NCBI GenBank assembly: GCA_040902285.1
Contig: JBBDXP010000007.1
Span: 67,042 to 123,717, forward strand
Direction of reading: 5' to 3'
Source of the DNA: Candidatus Spechtbacterales bacterium
GTDB lineage: Bacteria > Patescibacteriota > Minisyncoccia > Spechtbacterales > 2-12-FULL-38-22
Length of the DNA: 56,676 nucleotides
This document shows positions 1 through 9,599 of the stretch, piece by piece. The translations under genes were made by a program, and so were the position numbers. The first letter of the stretch is position 1. Each line of letters starts with the position of its first letter. The notes under the pieces are model-generated. The model ran no database searches, was not told the origin of the DNA, and saw only the letters and a program-made list of their open reading frames with translations.

Positions 1-86
1 TTCTATAAGATAGTTGGCTCCTGTTACAGACAGAGCCCCTCCGTGAAATGTAAGTTTTGCCATTGGCTACATTGTATCATAAATAG

Positions 87-449
87 ATGTTATTATTGGA
101 GTATATGTTTAACTTATCAGACAGTTTTTGGCTTCTTTTGTGGGCGGCGGCCGCGCTTTTTATATCATCGGTTTTGCTTGAATTGTATATAAGGCGCAGG
201 GCGCAAAAAACAAAGACGCTGGAAAACCCCCACCCCGATAGGATTGAATTCGCCCTGCACCACATAAGGCATGAGGGCATAAAAGAAATAACAAACGACC
301 TCTGGGAACAAATAACGGGAGTTAGCCATGCGACAGCGACCAGAGATTTATCCGCCCTTGTGGAAATGGGCATGCTAAAAAAGAGCGGTTCGTTAAAAGG
401 CACAAAATATACCTTCGTAAAACACGGAAAGCTCTCAAATAAAATATAA
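87..449 (+). CDS. Small membrane-anchored protein with C-terminal winged helix-turn-helix (DeoR/Fic-associated HTH-like)
   Basis: N-terminal hydrophobic helix; C-terminal 'ITNDLWEQITGVSHATATRDLSALVEMGML...GTKY' matches a wHTH pattern. True start may be the Met at 105. Confidence 0.6.
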   Translation: MLLLEYMFNLSDSFWLLLWAAAALFISSVLLELYIRRRAQKTKTLENPHPDRIEFALHHIRHEGIKEITNDLWEQITGVSHATATRDLSALVEMGMLKKSGSLKGTKYTFVKHGKLSNKI

Positions 450-505
450 CTCACGGGTATGAGTTATAAAAAAAATACGACTCATGCTTATGAGTCGTAT
501 TTTTA
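446..505. terminator. Two adjacent hairpins between convergent genes; probable bidirectional terminator
   Basis: tataactc...gagttata and aaaatacgactcat-gctt-atgagtcgtatttt inverted repeats with A/T tails. Confidence 0.65.
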
Positions 506-1405
506 TAATTCTTTTAGGGCCAGTTTTACGGCGCCTTCCACCGGATCGGCCACGCATACTTTAAACCTGTCTTTTCCGTCTGTGAGCTGTTCTTTTATTT
601 TTTCTTCAAACGGAAACGGCGACCTGAATTCTCCGCCCGCGGCCACTATGTCCCAGTCATCGTTTTGTAAATCCAGTTTTTTTATAAGCGTATTTATGGC
701 AAGAGCTATTTCGCCCGCGGCTTCCGACAATATTTTTTCGGCAACAGCGTCTCCCTGCCTGTAAGCTATATCCACCAGCAGGGCAACTTCGGCAACTTCG
801 TCCTTTCCAAAATTTTCGCTGTAAACCATGTCGGCAAAATCGCGTATTGTGTTTACCTTGAATTTTCCGATGATAAGGCCCTCTATGGATGTTTTTTCTC
901 CCCTGCCGTCGTAACTTTTTGCCGCGGCGCTCATTCCTTTTTGGCCTATACGGTACGCGCCACCCTCGTCGCTTAACAAATAATCCAGTCCGCCCACCCT
1001 CTCTTCGTTGCCATGGCTATCTATACCGTAAAAATTGCTTCCCGTTCCCGCTATAACCGATATACCATACTTTTTATCCGAACACGCGGGCCTTACAAGC
1101 ATTATATCGTTTACAACAAGGAGATTTTTTGCCGAGATAATTTGCGATGCCAGTTGTTTTGCTTTTTCTAAACTTTTTTCAGTATCGGTACCCGCTATTC
1201 CAAAACAAGCAGACGCAAAATCGACCCTCTCCACACCGGCATTTTTTAAAGCCGCTTCTGTGGCCTCGTTTAAATTTTTAGCGCAATCTGCGTTGTGTAT
1301 ATTGCCCGCTCCGCCAACACCTCGGCCCAGTATTTTCCCGGACTCGTCGGCCACGGCGGCAGCTGTTTTTGTTGAACCGGCATCAACGCCGAGTATGTAT
1401 TTCAT
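503..1405 (-). CDS. BadF/BadG/BcrA/BcrD-family sugar kinase (N-acetylglucosamine kinase-like)
   Basis: ILGVDAGSTKT, VVND, IAGTGS, GGLDYLLSDEGGAY motifs. Confidence 0.85.
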   Translation of the reverse strand: MKYILGVDAGSTKTAAAVADESGKILGRGVGGAGNIHNADCAKNLNEATEAALKNAGVERVDFASACFGIAGTDTEKSLEKAKQLASQIISAKNLLVVNDIMLVRPACSDKKYGISVIAGTGSNFYGIDSHGNEERVGGLDYLLSDEGGAYRIGQKGMSAAAKSYDGRGEKTSIEGLIIGKFKVNTIRDFADMVYSENFGKDEVAEVALLVDIAYRQGDAVAEKILSEAAGEIALAINTLIKKLDLQNDDWDIVAAGGEFRSPFPFEEKIKEQLTDGKDRFKVCVADPVEGAVKLALKEL

Positions 1406-1521
1406 CCCGTTAGTGGCAGGTCGCGGCCTATTTGCAAGCCGTTTCCTGCGATTTTATTTTTATAACAATTTGTCTGAATGCCCGTTAATAATACTATGCC
1501 GTGACCGCGGCCACTAACGGG
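1406..1521 (-). repeat. CCCGTTAG...CTAACGGG start-codon-abutting element, subfamily C
   Basis: Terminal inverted repeat catcccgttagtggc / gccactaacgggatg; abuts the ATG at 1405. Confidence 0.85.
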
Positions 1522-1543
1522 ATGCATATTTTTATTCTAACAT

Positions 1544-2566
1544 TTATTCAGCAAATAATTTTTGGGCCTCGTTCCATATTTCGGTTTCTCCCTGTTCGCG
1601 CAGCCAAACAAACCATTCTGCTCCCCAGAGGTAAAACTCGTCAAAACCGGTGCGCCTGGCAAATTCCATATTCGCGCGGAATTGCTCCGGATTTAATGTT
1701 TTATATTGTTCTTCCAAAGAATTTTTTGATATTGGGGGATCCGCTACCCAGGGCTCCGCCTGGAGTTCAGATATCAAAACCCTTACATTCGGTCGCCAAA
1801 AGTGCAAAATTTCCGCCTTTCTTGCGTAAAAAGTGGGATTAAGAAAATCATAACGCACAAAGCCGACCAAGGGATCATGGATTACTCTATATAAAGTGCT
1901 GCCCAGAATATCAGCCCTTTTTCCCGCCTCATACCAAACCGACCATTCACCAGTATCTGTGATTATAATCGGACGCGAAGGATCCAGTGTACGAACGAGT
2001 TTTATTTCTGCATCTAACAATGAAGGGTCTTCCTTGGGGCAAACCCCGAATTTAAGCAGCGGCTCATTTTCGACCTGCCAAGCCCAAACAACCGGATTAT
2101 CTCTGTAGTATGCCACAACATTCCTTATCATTTGAAAAAGCCAAGCGTCTTTTTCGAGCTGGGAAGCATCGTGATTATACCAATCCGGAAACCGGCATTC
2201 GGGCCATCTTGGTTGCTTAAAACCAACAACCAATATTGCCTTCCCTCCTCTCTTTTCAAGTTCCCGCAATTGCCAGTCCCATTTTGAAAAATCAAATTGT
2301 CCCCGCTCTTTTTCCAATTCATCCCAATATATAGGTATCCTGAAATTTCTTACGCCCATATCGTCCAAAAGCGCGGTGTAAGTTTCCTGCCAGTTCAGAC
2401 CCAGATCATCCGCCTGAGAATGGCCGAATGTTACCCCCCATGTTATTTCGCTGGCAGGTTCAACAGAACCTAAAAAAAAGAATCCATACAGCAAAACCAG
2501 AACAGTGTACGTAAAAAGAAGTATTCCAAAAAATATTTTTATAATTTTTCTTTTTACAGGTTTCAT
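1544..2566 (-). CDS. Membrane-anchored clan GH-A glycoside hydrolase (GH5/GH42-like)
   Basis: N-terminal TM; RIPIYWDELE..GQFDF; WQVENEP acid/base motif; ISELQAEPW putative nucleophile. Confidence 0.75.
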   Translation of the reverse strand: MKPVKRKIIKIFFGILLFTYTVLVLLYGFFFLGSVEPASEITWGVTFGHSQADDLGLNWQETYTALLDDMGVRNFRIPIYWDELEKERGQFDFSKWDWQLRELEKRGGKAILVVGFKQPRWPECRFPDWYNHDASQLEKDAWLFQMIRNVVAYYRDNPVVWAWQVENEPLLKFGVCPKEDPSLLDAEIKLVRTLDPSRPIIITDTGEWSVWYEAGKRADILGSTLYRVIHDPLVGFVRYDFLNPTFYARKAEILHFWRPNVRVLISELQAEPWVADPPISKNSLEEQYKTLNPEQFRANMEFARRTGFDEFYLWGAEWFVWLREQGETEIWNEAQKLFAE

Positions 2567-2575
2567 ATTCTATTT

Positions 2576-3484
2576 CTATGTAAGTAAAAGCCAAAATCCG
2601 ACTGCGATTCCCGCAATACCTAAAATCCGAATAACAAGAGCTTTTTTTGTCAGTTCTTCTTTTAAAATACTAGGACGGCGAATAGCCAAAATACCCACAA
2701 ATAACAAAACGAAAAAATATTGCACACCCGCCAAAGCGTTAATAAAAGCGAGTTGACCGGACGCCACCTGCCATATCGCCAGTTTCTGCATAATGGAACC
2801 GCCTCCTCCGGCACTCTTTTGAAGCAAAATAGCGCCCCACACTTTTTTTTGTTTAATAGGATTCTCTTTAAATACCACTTCGCGTGTATGTCGGGAAAAT
2901 AAAAGCAAAAGAGAAAACAATACAGATCCCGCCTGTATCCATATCAGACCGTTTATAAGACCCTGATCTTCAAATACCAATTTAGTGCCCACAAACGCCG
3001 CGCCCAAAATAACAGAAGCAGGCAACACACGAAAAAATTCATGTCCCGTAGTTCTGTTTTTATCAAAATAAAAAAACATGGAGCCCGTTAGCATTAAAAC
3101 AAAAGCAAATATTATCTGAGGACTTAACATGATTCCTTCTCTAAAAAAAACAAAGGCAAACAAGAGCGTAAAAATTGCCGCGAGAGAACCTATCATGGGG
3201 AGCGTTGTTGTGGCATGGCCAAATTTCAGAGCATTGTAAAGCGCCCACAGCCAAGCAACTCCCAAAAATCCGGTCAGCAGCGCAATAAAAATGATACCGA
3301 TTGAAGGTATTTCAAAACCGAAAGGAACCAGAACCACAGCCCAAACTCCCGTGATACCGCCATAAAATGCCGCTGTTCTTCTGTGTTGTAAAGGTCCGGC
3401 CAAAAGATACCGATCAGAAATTGAAGCCAGCGCGAAAAGAAAATAAGAAGCAATTGTAAAATATAACCAAAGCATATTATTCAT
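2576..3484 (-). CDS. EamA/DMT-family transporter
   Basis: About 10 hydrophobic helices in two repeats, 302 aa. Confidence 0.7.
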   Translation of the reverse strand: MNNMLWLYFTIASYFLFALASISDRYLLAGPLQHRRTAAFYGGITGVWAVVLVPFGFEIPSIGIIFIALLTGFLGVAWLWALYNALKFGHATTTLPMIGSLAAIFTLLFAFVFFREGIMLSPQIIFAFVLMLTGSMFFYFDKNRTTGHEFFRVLPASVILGAAFVGTKLVFEDQGLINGLIWIQAGSVLFSLLLLFSRHTREVVFKENPIKQKKVWGAILLQKSAGGGGSIMQKLAIWQVASGQLAFINALAGVQYFFVLLFVGILAIRRPSILKEELTKKALVIRILGIAGIAVGFWLLLT

Positions 3485-4667
3485 TCTCTAACTTATTAGA
3501 TTCACAAATTTCTTTATATTTATAAAAGGATCCTCTGGATTTTCTTTCTAACGTCTCAAAATTTATCTCTACCAATCCAAATTTCATTCGATATCCTTCA
3601 GCCCACTCAAAATTATCCAAAAGAGACCAGTGAAAATAACCCCGCACATCCGCCCCTTCCTCTATGGCTTTATGCAGCCATGTTAAATGTTCTTTGATAA
3701 AATCGGGCCGAAATCTATCGGTCGCGTCGGCAATGCCGTTTTCAAAAATATAAATAGGTTTTTTATATGACGAGGCCTGGCGCACCACATGATAAATACC
3801 TTCCGGATAAAGCTCCCATCCGAAATCGGAAACAATTTTGTTTTCATTTTGATTCATCCAATTTTTGGGATGCGACAATCGTACATGTATTCTGTTGTGG
3901 TTGTAATAATTTATACCGACAAAATCCTGATGCTTATTTATTTTATTCAAAAACCATTTGTTCCATACATAATCTATAAAACCTGCAAAAATTTTTGAAA
4001 GAATCCTGTTTTGATATGCCTCAACATAATTGTTATTTTTTGCTATTCCTATTTGTAGATCCTTTTTGTTTCGCTTTAGGGCTGAGTAGGCGGCATTGTG
4101 AGCCCTGTATAAATTGCGTACCGTTTTTAAAAATCCCGCTTTATTTTTTTTAAAAGGAGGCCATGCTCCCTCCGCGTATCCTTTGCCGGCCATAACAAGG
4201 GGCTCATTTATTGTTATCCAATATTTAACTTCGGGCAGATTTTTAGCAACATATTCGGCATATCTTTTAAAATAAAAAGGGGCCTTTGAATTTTCCCATC
4301 CGCCCTGTTTTGAAAACCAGACGGGATTTGTAAAATGGTGAAGCGTTACAAACGGCTCAAGGCCTCTCTCGCGCAGAGCCCTTACAACATTTTTGTAATG
4401 CTCTATTTCTTTTTCGGAAAACTCGCCCTCTTCAGGCTCTACTCGGCTCCATTCCAGAGAAAAACGATGGGCATTATTTGCCATATCCTTTGCCAAATCG
4501 AAGTCCGTTTCATAAAGATTATAAGAATCGCACGCATTTGCGGACTTGTGCGGAACTTTCCCGGCTTGTTCCGCCTCCCACCAGTCGTTATTTTGGTTAT
4601 TACCCTCTATCTGATGTGACGAAGTGGCACACCCCCAGTAGAACCCTTTTGGGAATTTCAATTCCAT
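3477..4667 (-). CDS. Glycoside hydrolase family 1 (beta-glucosidase)
   Basis: FPKGFYWGCATSSHQIEG signature; TINEP and IFENG catalytic motifs; DNFEWAEG. Start reassigned to ATG 4667 (MELKFPK). Confidence 0.93.
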   Translation of the reverse strand: MELKFPKGFYWGCATSSHQIEGNNQNNDWWEAEQAGKVPHKSANACDSYNLYETDFDLAKDMANNAHRFSLEWSRVEPEEGEFSEKEIEHYKNVVRALRERGLEPFVTLHHFTNPVWFSKQGGWENSKAPFYFKRYAEYVAKNLPEVKYWITINEPLVMAGKGYAEGAWPPFKKNKAGFLKTVRNLYRAHNAAYSALKRNKKDLQIGIAKNNNYVEAYQNRILSKIFAGFIDYVWNKWFLNKINKHQDFVGINYYNHNRIHVRLSHPKNWMNQNENKIVSDFGWELYPEGIYHVVRQASSYKKPIYIFENGIADATDRFRPDFIKEHLTWLHKAIEEGADVRGYFHWSLLDNFEWAEGYRMKFGLVEINFETLERKSRGSFYKYKEICESNKLENE

Positions 4668-4694
4668 TAATATTATTTTAACACTAGCGACAAC

Positions 4695-4719
4695 AAAAAA
4701 CCGCCCTTTGGCGGTTTTT
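4695..4719 (-). terminator. Intrinsic terminator after the YkuK-like gene
   Basis: aaaaaaccgcc-cttt-ggcggttttt hairpin. Confidence 0.6.
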
Positions 4720-4722
4720 AAA

Positions 4723-5253
4723 TTATTTTGCCGGAACAAAATTCCTGGGCGGAAGGGCAAATCTATCGGCAACATTACTTGCGGCGTATGATTCGGGCTT
4801 GATGGCAACCTGGAATCCCGAACCCTTTACCATACCCACGACTTCCTTAATCATATCCTTTGTGTCCCCGTTTTGGCCGATATCTATATGTATCATAAAA
4901 TTATTGTGGACAAAATCCTCGCCCAAATGCTCTGTTAGAACGGGTACTATCTGCTGAGCTAAAAGCAGAGATAGGGTCGCTTCGTTATAAATTTTCTGCC
5001 TTAGAGAAGAATGGGTAAAAACGATATTTTTGCAGATAAAAGCGCGCCCTCCCGCGCCAACGCGATGCACCACAATGGCCGAAGCGTACGGTATGTCTCC
5101 ATACCCCTCCGAATCAGTGCCTATTATTATTCTGTAATCTTTTTCTGTGTCTTCGCGGGTATAAGCGACGATTTCGGCGATAACACCCTTAAAATTCGTC
5201 TGCCTGTGCGTAAGGGTTATAAATTTTTCGAAGTTGTAATCTATCTTATCCAT
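4723..5253 (-). CDS. RNase H-like YkuK family (DUF458) protein
   Basis: IIIGTDS, AIVVHRVGAGG, IHIDIGQNG, IKPESYAASNVAD motifs. Confidence 0.85.
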   Translation of the reverse strand: MDKIDYNFEKFITLTHRQTNFKGVIAEIVAYTREDTEKDYRIIIGTDSEGYGDIPYASAIVVHRVGAGGRAFICKNIVFTHSSLRQKIYNEATLSLLLAQQIVPVLTEHLGEDFVHNNFMIHIDIGQNGDTKDMIKEVVGMVKGSGFQVAIKPESYAASNVADRFALPPRNFVPAK

Positions 5254-5365
5254 CCCGTTAGTAATTACTGCTTGCGCAGTTTTAATTTATGTATATTTAA
5301 ACAAATTAACTACTTGTATTTGTTGCACTTGGTTTAGTGAACCCGTTAGGGTAATTACTAACGGG
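5254..5365 (-). repeat. CCCGTTAG...CTAACGGG start-codon-abutting element, subfamily A
   Basis: 15-bp TIR cccgttagtaattac / gtaattactaacggg; abuts ATG 5253; near-identical to copies at 23569 and 42950. Confidence 0.9.
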
Positions 5366-5425
5366 AATCATCCCCAGCACTATACCATAAATTTTATAAA
5401 ACACAAGTTTAAATATATGCAGAGC

Positions 5426-5758
5426 ACAGCCACGCGGGTATTCCTTTTTCACAACACACCGTCAGAATCCCCAGCGAGGATTCTGCGCTCTCTCTCGCCC
5501 TCGCTCGCCCGAAGGGTTCCAATGTTCTTATCCGCGAATCTCTCGGAAGCGCAAAAGCTTGGTTCCTGAGATTTGCCTGTCAAGGACGGACCTTGACAGG
5601 CAAATACGGTTTTCGAAGGATTTTGCGCTGAGAGGAAGCGGACGATTTCCGCCGGAGAAATCGGACCGCGGTTTGCGGGAAGAAGCATTGGAACCCTTTG
5701 GGCACCATGCCCGCTCGGGCTCCGAGGGGTTGTGAAAAAGGAATACCCGCGTGGCTGT
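5426..5758. mobile_element. Nested non-autonomous palindromic element (outer copy 5426-5758, inner copy 5512-5698, innermost hairpin 5571-5605)
   Basis: Perfect 30-bp outer IR (5426-5455 / 5729-5758); inner IR aagggttccaatg / cattggaaccctt; core homologous to the truB insert and to 53372-53519. Confidence 0.8.
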
Positions 5759-5803
5759 ACTAACAAAAAGCGGCTCAATGCGTGAGCCGCTTTAAAGAAC
5801 TTT

Positions 5804-7438
5804 TTATACAACCGGTTTTGGTGGGATCGGAACCGAAGAAACAAGTTTCTTGGTGTACGGGTGTTCGGGATTTCCGAACACAAGCTCGGGCGGGCCCATC
5901 TCGACCACTTTACCTTCTTTCATCACCGCAACCCTGTCGCAGACAGAGGCGATGGTGGAAAGTTCATGCGAAATAATAATAAGAGCGAGGCCCATTTCGT
6001 CATGCAAACGCACCAGAAGTTCCATTATGATATTTTTACGCGAAGCGTCTAAGGACGCTGTCGGCTCGTCCAAAATCAGGAGCTGTGGATTTGTCGCGAG
6101 AGCTCTTGCTATGGCTATTCTCTGCTGTTCGCCACCGCTAAGGCGGGCCGGGTAATCCCACATCCGCTCGAGAGGACTTCCGACAGACAGAAGAAGTTCC
6201 GCGACCCGTTCCGTTTTTTCTCTGTCTCTGCCTTTAGCAGAGGTACTCTCGTAGAGGTTCTGGATATCCAAGCCCTCAGCGATCAAATCTCTTATCCGCA
6301 TGCGCGGAGTTAAGCTTTGGCGCGATGCCTGAGGCACGCCTCCCAAAAACCTTCTGGCGATGGAATCGTCGGCCAAAGGAATGTTTATATTGCCCGAGAG
6401 CTCTGCGTTGGGAGGAAGAACATCCAAAATTGCGCGCATAAGGGTTGTTTTCCCGCTTCCCGATTCGCCCACAATGCCGAATATCTCTCGACGACCTACC
6501 GAAAATGAAACTCCGTCCACTGCTTTAAGAGAACCGGAACGCCTCTGGAACAGTCCCTTTCTTTTGTACACAGGGTAATCAACGCGCACATTCTCAAGAA
6601 CAAGCGCGTTGGAAGTACCGGCCTCGGGAATTCTCTTTTCCCTGAGAGGCCTGTCCATGCGCGGAAGATCCCGCAGGACATTGCGCACAAATTCGGATTT
6701 GGGTCTGGAGAAAACATCTTTGGCATTTCCGTATTCTGCCACTTCGCCGTCTTTGAGAACGACAACATTGTCTGCGTACCGAGAAACGAGACCGAAATCA
6801 TGAGTAATAAGAATAAGAGATATATTGTTTTCACGAACCTTGGCGACCATGAAATCAAGAACCTGCGCCTGAACAGTGGCGTCCAGAGCCGTTGTTGCTT
6901 CATCGGCAATCAGAATATCGGGCTTTGTAGCAAGAGCCATCATGGCAATGCTCGCCCTTTGTGCCTGGCCTCCGCTCAAGAAAGCGGCGATGCTTTTATA
7001 CTTTTCCGAATAATCAGAAATGTACGCCTGCTCAAGAAGCTTTTCCGCTTCCTCTCTAAGACGCTTGCGCGGAATGGATGAATGGAGAGTAAGCATTTCT
7101 TCTATTTGTTTGCCGACCGGCACAACAGGGTTGAAGGTGCCCACCGCATCCTGAAAGACCATTGATATGCGCTTGCCCCGGTAATTATTCCGCATATCCT
7201 TTTCGGATATATAAAGAAGATTGGTATCTTCAAAAATAACCAACCCGGCACGCACCCGCGCTTTTTCAGGGAGCAGACGGCATATAGCTGAAGCTGTCAT
7301 GCTTTTTCCGCTTCCCGATTCGCCCACAAGCCCCAGAATCTCGCCGCGCTCAAGATTAAATGAAACATCTTTAAGCACTGTTTTTTCGCCGAAAGCGACT
7401 GTAAGGCCGCGCACTTTCAAGAGAGCGTCCTTGCCCAT
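5804..7438 (-). CDS. Peptide/nickel ABC transporter ATP-binding protein, fused double domain (OppD/OppF-like)
   Basis: Two GESGSGK Walker A, two LSGG signatures, ILIADE/LILDEP Walker B; AGGAGG Shine-Dalgarno upstream. Confidence 0.93.
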   Translation of the reverse strand: MGKDALLKVRGLTVAFGEKTVLKDVSFNLERGEILGLVGESGSGKSMTASAICRLLPEKARVRAGLVIFEDTNLLYISEKDMRNNYRGKRISMVFQDAVGTFNPVVPVGKQIEEMLTLHSSIPRKRLREEAEKLLEQAYISDYSEKYKSIAAFLSGGQAQRASIAMMALATKPDILIADEATTALDATVQAQVLDFMVAKVRENNISLILITHDFGLVSRYADNVVVLKDGEVAEYGNAKDVFSRPKSEFVRNVLRDLPRMDRPLREKRIPEAGTSNALVLENVRVDYPVYKRKGLFQRRSGSLKAVDGVSFSVGRREIFGIVGESGSGKTTLMRAILDVLPPNAELSGNINIPLADDSIARRFLGGVPQASRQSLTPRMRIRDLIAEGLDIQNLYESTSAKGRDREKTERVAELLLSVGSPLERMWDYPARLSGGEQQRIAIARALATNPQLLILDEPTASLDASRKNIIMELLVRLHDEMGLALIIISHELSTIASVCDRVAVMKEGKVVEMGPPELVFGNPEHPYTKKLVSSVPIPPKPVV

Positions 7439-7533
7439 GGTTTTTTACCTCCTTTCTTTCGGTTTTTGCCTGTCTCGCCAAGGCGGGCGTTTAGTATTCA
7501 ATGGCAGTGGCGAACTTCGCCGCTGCCATTGAC

Positions 7534-8487
7534 CTATCTCTTCAAACTGATTCTCGGATCGGCCAAAAAGTATAGTATATCCACAACAAGGATGATGAAA
7601 ATACTCAGCATTGAACCGATAATGCCAACCGCCAGAATAACGGGGTAATCCCTGCCGAAAACAGAGTCGATGGTAAAGCGGGCAAGACCCGGGATACCGT
7701 ATATCTGTTCAACAAAGAATGAGCCCTCAAAGAATGTGAAGAATATGGGAACCAAAACCGTCATTAGCGGGAGCCACGCATTGCGCAAGACATACCTGGT
7801 GGCGATTTTGGAAGGATGCAGTCCTTTGGCTTTTGCCGTGCGGACATATTGTTCATCCATAATGCCAAGGGTAATGGTGCGCACGAAGCGCGCCATGCCG
7901 ATAACGCCGACAAGGGAAAGGGTAAGTATGGGAATTATCGCCGAAGTGGTGAATATCCCCTCCCATCCTCCCTGCCATCCGGCGGGAAGCCATCCCAGTT
8001 TAAGCGAAAATAAAAGAATGAAAAACTGAATCAAAAGCAGTGACGGAATTGCTGCAAAGACCAGGAATCCCGAAAGCAGAAGTGTATCAATCCAGGTTCC
8101 TCTCTTGAATGTAGCAAAAAGTCCGACTAATATTCCCAGGAATACCCCTATAACCGACGCAACAAGCCCCAGAGGAGCCGAAACCTGTATTCGCTCCCAC
8201 AAAAGCTCCGCTACCGGCCTGTCCTGGAAACGCAAACTATCGCCAAAATCGCCTTGCAAAAAATCTCCCATATAACTGAAGTACTGCTCATAAAGAGGCC
8301 TGTCAAATCCGTACTGTTCGCGTATAAGCTGTCTGGTCTCTTCAGAGGCCGTGGGACCCGCGATAATATCTATAGGATCGCCCGGAGCGTACATAACGAC
8401 AAAGAATATCAGCAATGAAAATACGAGAAAGTAAACAGGAAAAACAGCCAAACGCCGAAGCGCGTAAAAGGCAACTTCGCTACGCAT
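7534..8487 (-). CDS. oppB: Peptide ABC transporter permease (OppB/DppB-like)
   Basis: APGDP, GFDRPLYEQY, GDFGDS, YVRTAKAKGL EAA loop, RDYPV. Confidence 0.9.
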   Translation of the reverse strand: MRSEVAFYALRRLAVFPVYFLVFSLLIFFVVMYAPGDPIDIIAGPTASEETRQLIREQYGFDRPLYEQYFSYMGDFLQGDFGDSLRFQDRPVAELLWERIQVSAPLGLVASVIGVFLGILVGLFATFKRGTWIDTLLLSGFLVFAAIPSLLLIQFFILLFSLKLGWLPAGWQGGWEGIFTTSAIIPILTLSLVGVIGMARFVRTITLGIMDEQYVRTAKAKGLHPSKIATRYVLRNAWLPLMTVLVPIFFTFFEGSFFVEQIYGIPGLARFTIDSVFGRDYPVILAVGIIGSMLSIFIILVVDILYFLADPRISLKR

Positions 8488-9443
8488 TATTCGCCCTCTC
8501 TTTCATGTTCGCTCGCCAGTATCCTTGTAAGCCGAAGCTCAAGGAAAAGAATGGCGAATAGGAACAGCCCCACTATGAGTCCCGGAATTATTACCAGGTG
8601 CGGCATAGCGTTAAGTATCCTACTTGAAGCCGTTTCAGAGAACATTGCTCCGAATGACGGGTGCGGGGGTCTGATGCCGATGCCGAAAAACGACAGGGCA
8701 ATTTCAGTGCCGATAACACCGGCGAACATAAGAAGCGCGGAGTGCGCTATGTATGTGTAAAGCTGGGGCAGAATATGCCTGAAGATAATCCGCTTATTGC
8801 TGGCACCCAGCATTTTGGCGCTTTCCACAAACGCGCTGTCGCGCAGGGAAAGAACCTGCGAACGATACATGCGGGCCGGTCCGACCCAGAAAATCATGGA
8901 TGTAACCAGGAAAATAAGAGCCAGATCGGCTACTCCCGTTTTAATGATCCATTCCCCCACAGGCCCGAGATTAAAAATGAAATCGTCGTACCTTGGGCGC
9001 GCAATCGCAGTGAAAAGCAAAATAAACAGAAGAGCGGGCACGCCGATGAAAATCTCACCAACGCGCATTATGATCGCCTCTGCCTTGCCGCCAAAATATC
9101 CGGCAACAACGCCAAGAATAATCGCAAGTGGCATACCTCCAAGAAATGCTGTCATTACGATTAAGACATCCGTGACACGGGCCGCGTAAAGCACGCGCGT
9201 AAACATATCGCGGCCGAGCATATCCGTCCCAAACCAATGCTCGGCAGAAGGACCCTGGCGGGCTTCCGCCAAATTTTGGGCGGCGTAGTCACCAGGCCAG
9301 AAAAACGAAAGAATGCCAAGCGCCAAAAAGAAGGCGATATAAATCAAAGCGGGGCGCGCAAACTTGTCCTTCCACATCAAAAACAGCAGTTCGGACAGTG
9401 TGCCTCTCCGCTTTTTAGACATCTCTACTATTGCGGAAACCAA
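8487..9443 (-). CDS. oppC: Peptide ABC transporter permease (OppC/DppC-like)
   Basis: PSAEHWFGTDMLGRD, FVESAKMLGAS..IIFRHILP. Start placed at in-frame TTG 9443 because AGGAGG lies just upstream. Confidence 0.88.
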   Translation of the reverse strand: MVSAIVEMSKKRRGTLSELLFLMWKDKFARPALIYIAFFLALGILSFFWPGDYAAQNLAEARQGPSAEHWFGTDMLGRDMFTRVLYAARVTDVLIVMTAFLGGMPLAIILGVVAGYFGGKAEAIIMRVGEIFIGVPALLFILLFTAIARPRYDDFIFNLGPVGEWIIKTGVADLALIFLVTSMIFWVGPARMYRSQVLSLRDSAFVESAKMLGASNKRIIFRHILPQLYTYIAHSALLMFAGVIGTEIALSFFGIGIRPPHPSFGAMFSETASSRILNAMPHLVIIPGLIVGLFLFAILFLELRLTRILASEHEREGE

Positions 9444-9599
9444 CTCGATCCTCCTTTCTTTTTTGTACTGAGTTGTCAATGAACTGATGCTTTAAAATAT
9501 AACGAAATATCCGTTAAGTCAAGACAAAGCATCTTGACCAAAGTTAACTTTTTATATATTGTATGCGTATCATTGTACCTAAACAAAAGGAGGAAGAAC

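Noticed and set aside
5449-5883. 144-aa minus-strand ORF
   Set aside because: It runs through the nested palindromic element and overlaps the ABC ATPase; no protein-like motifs.
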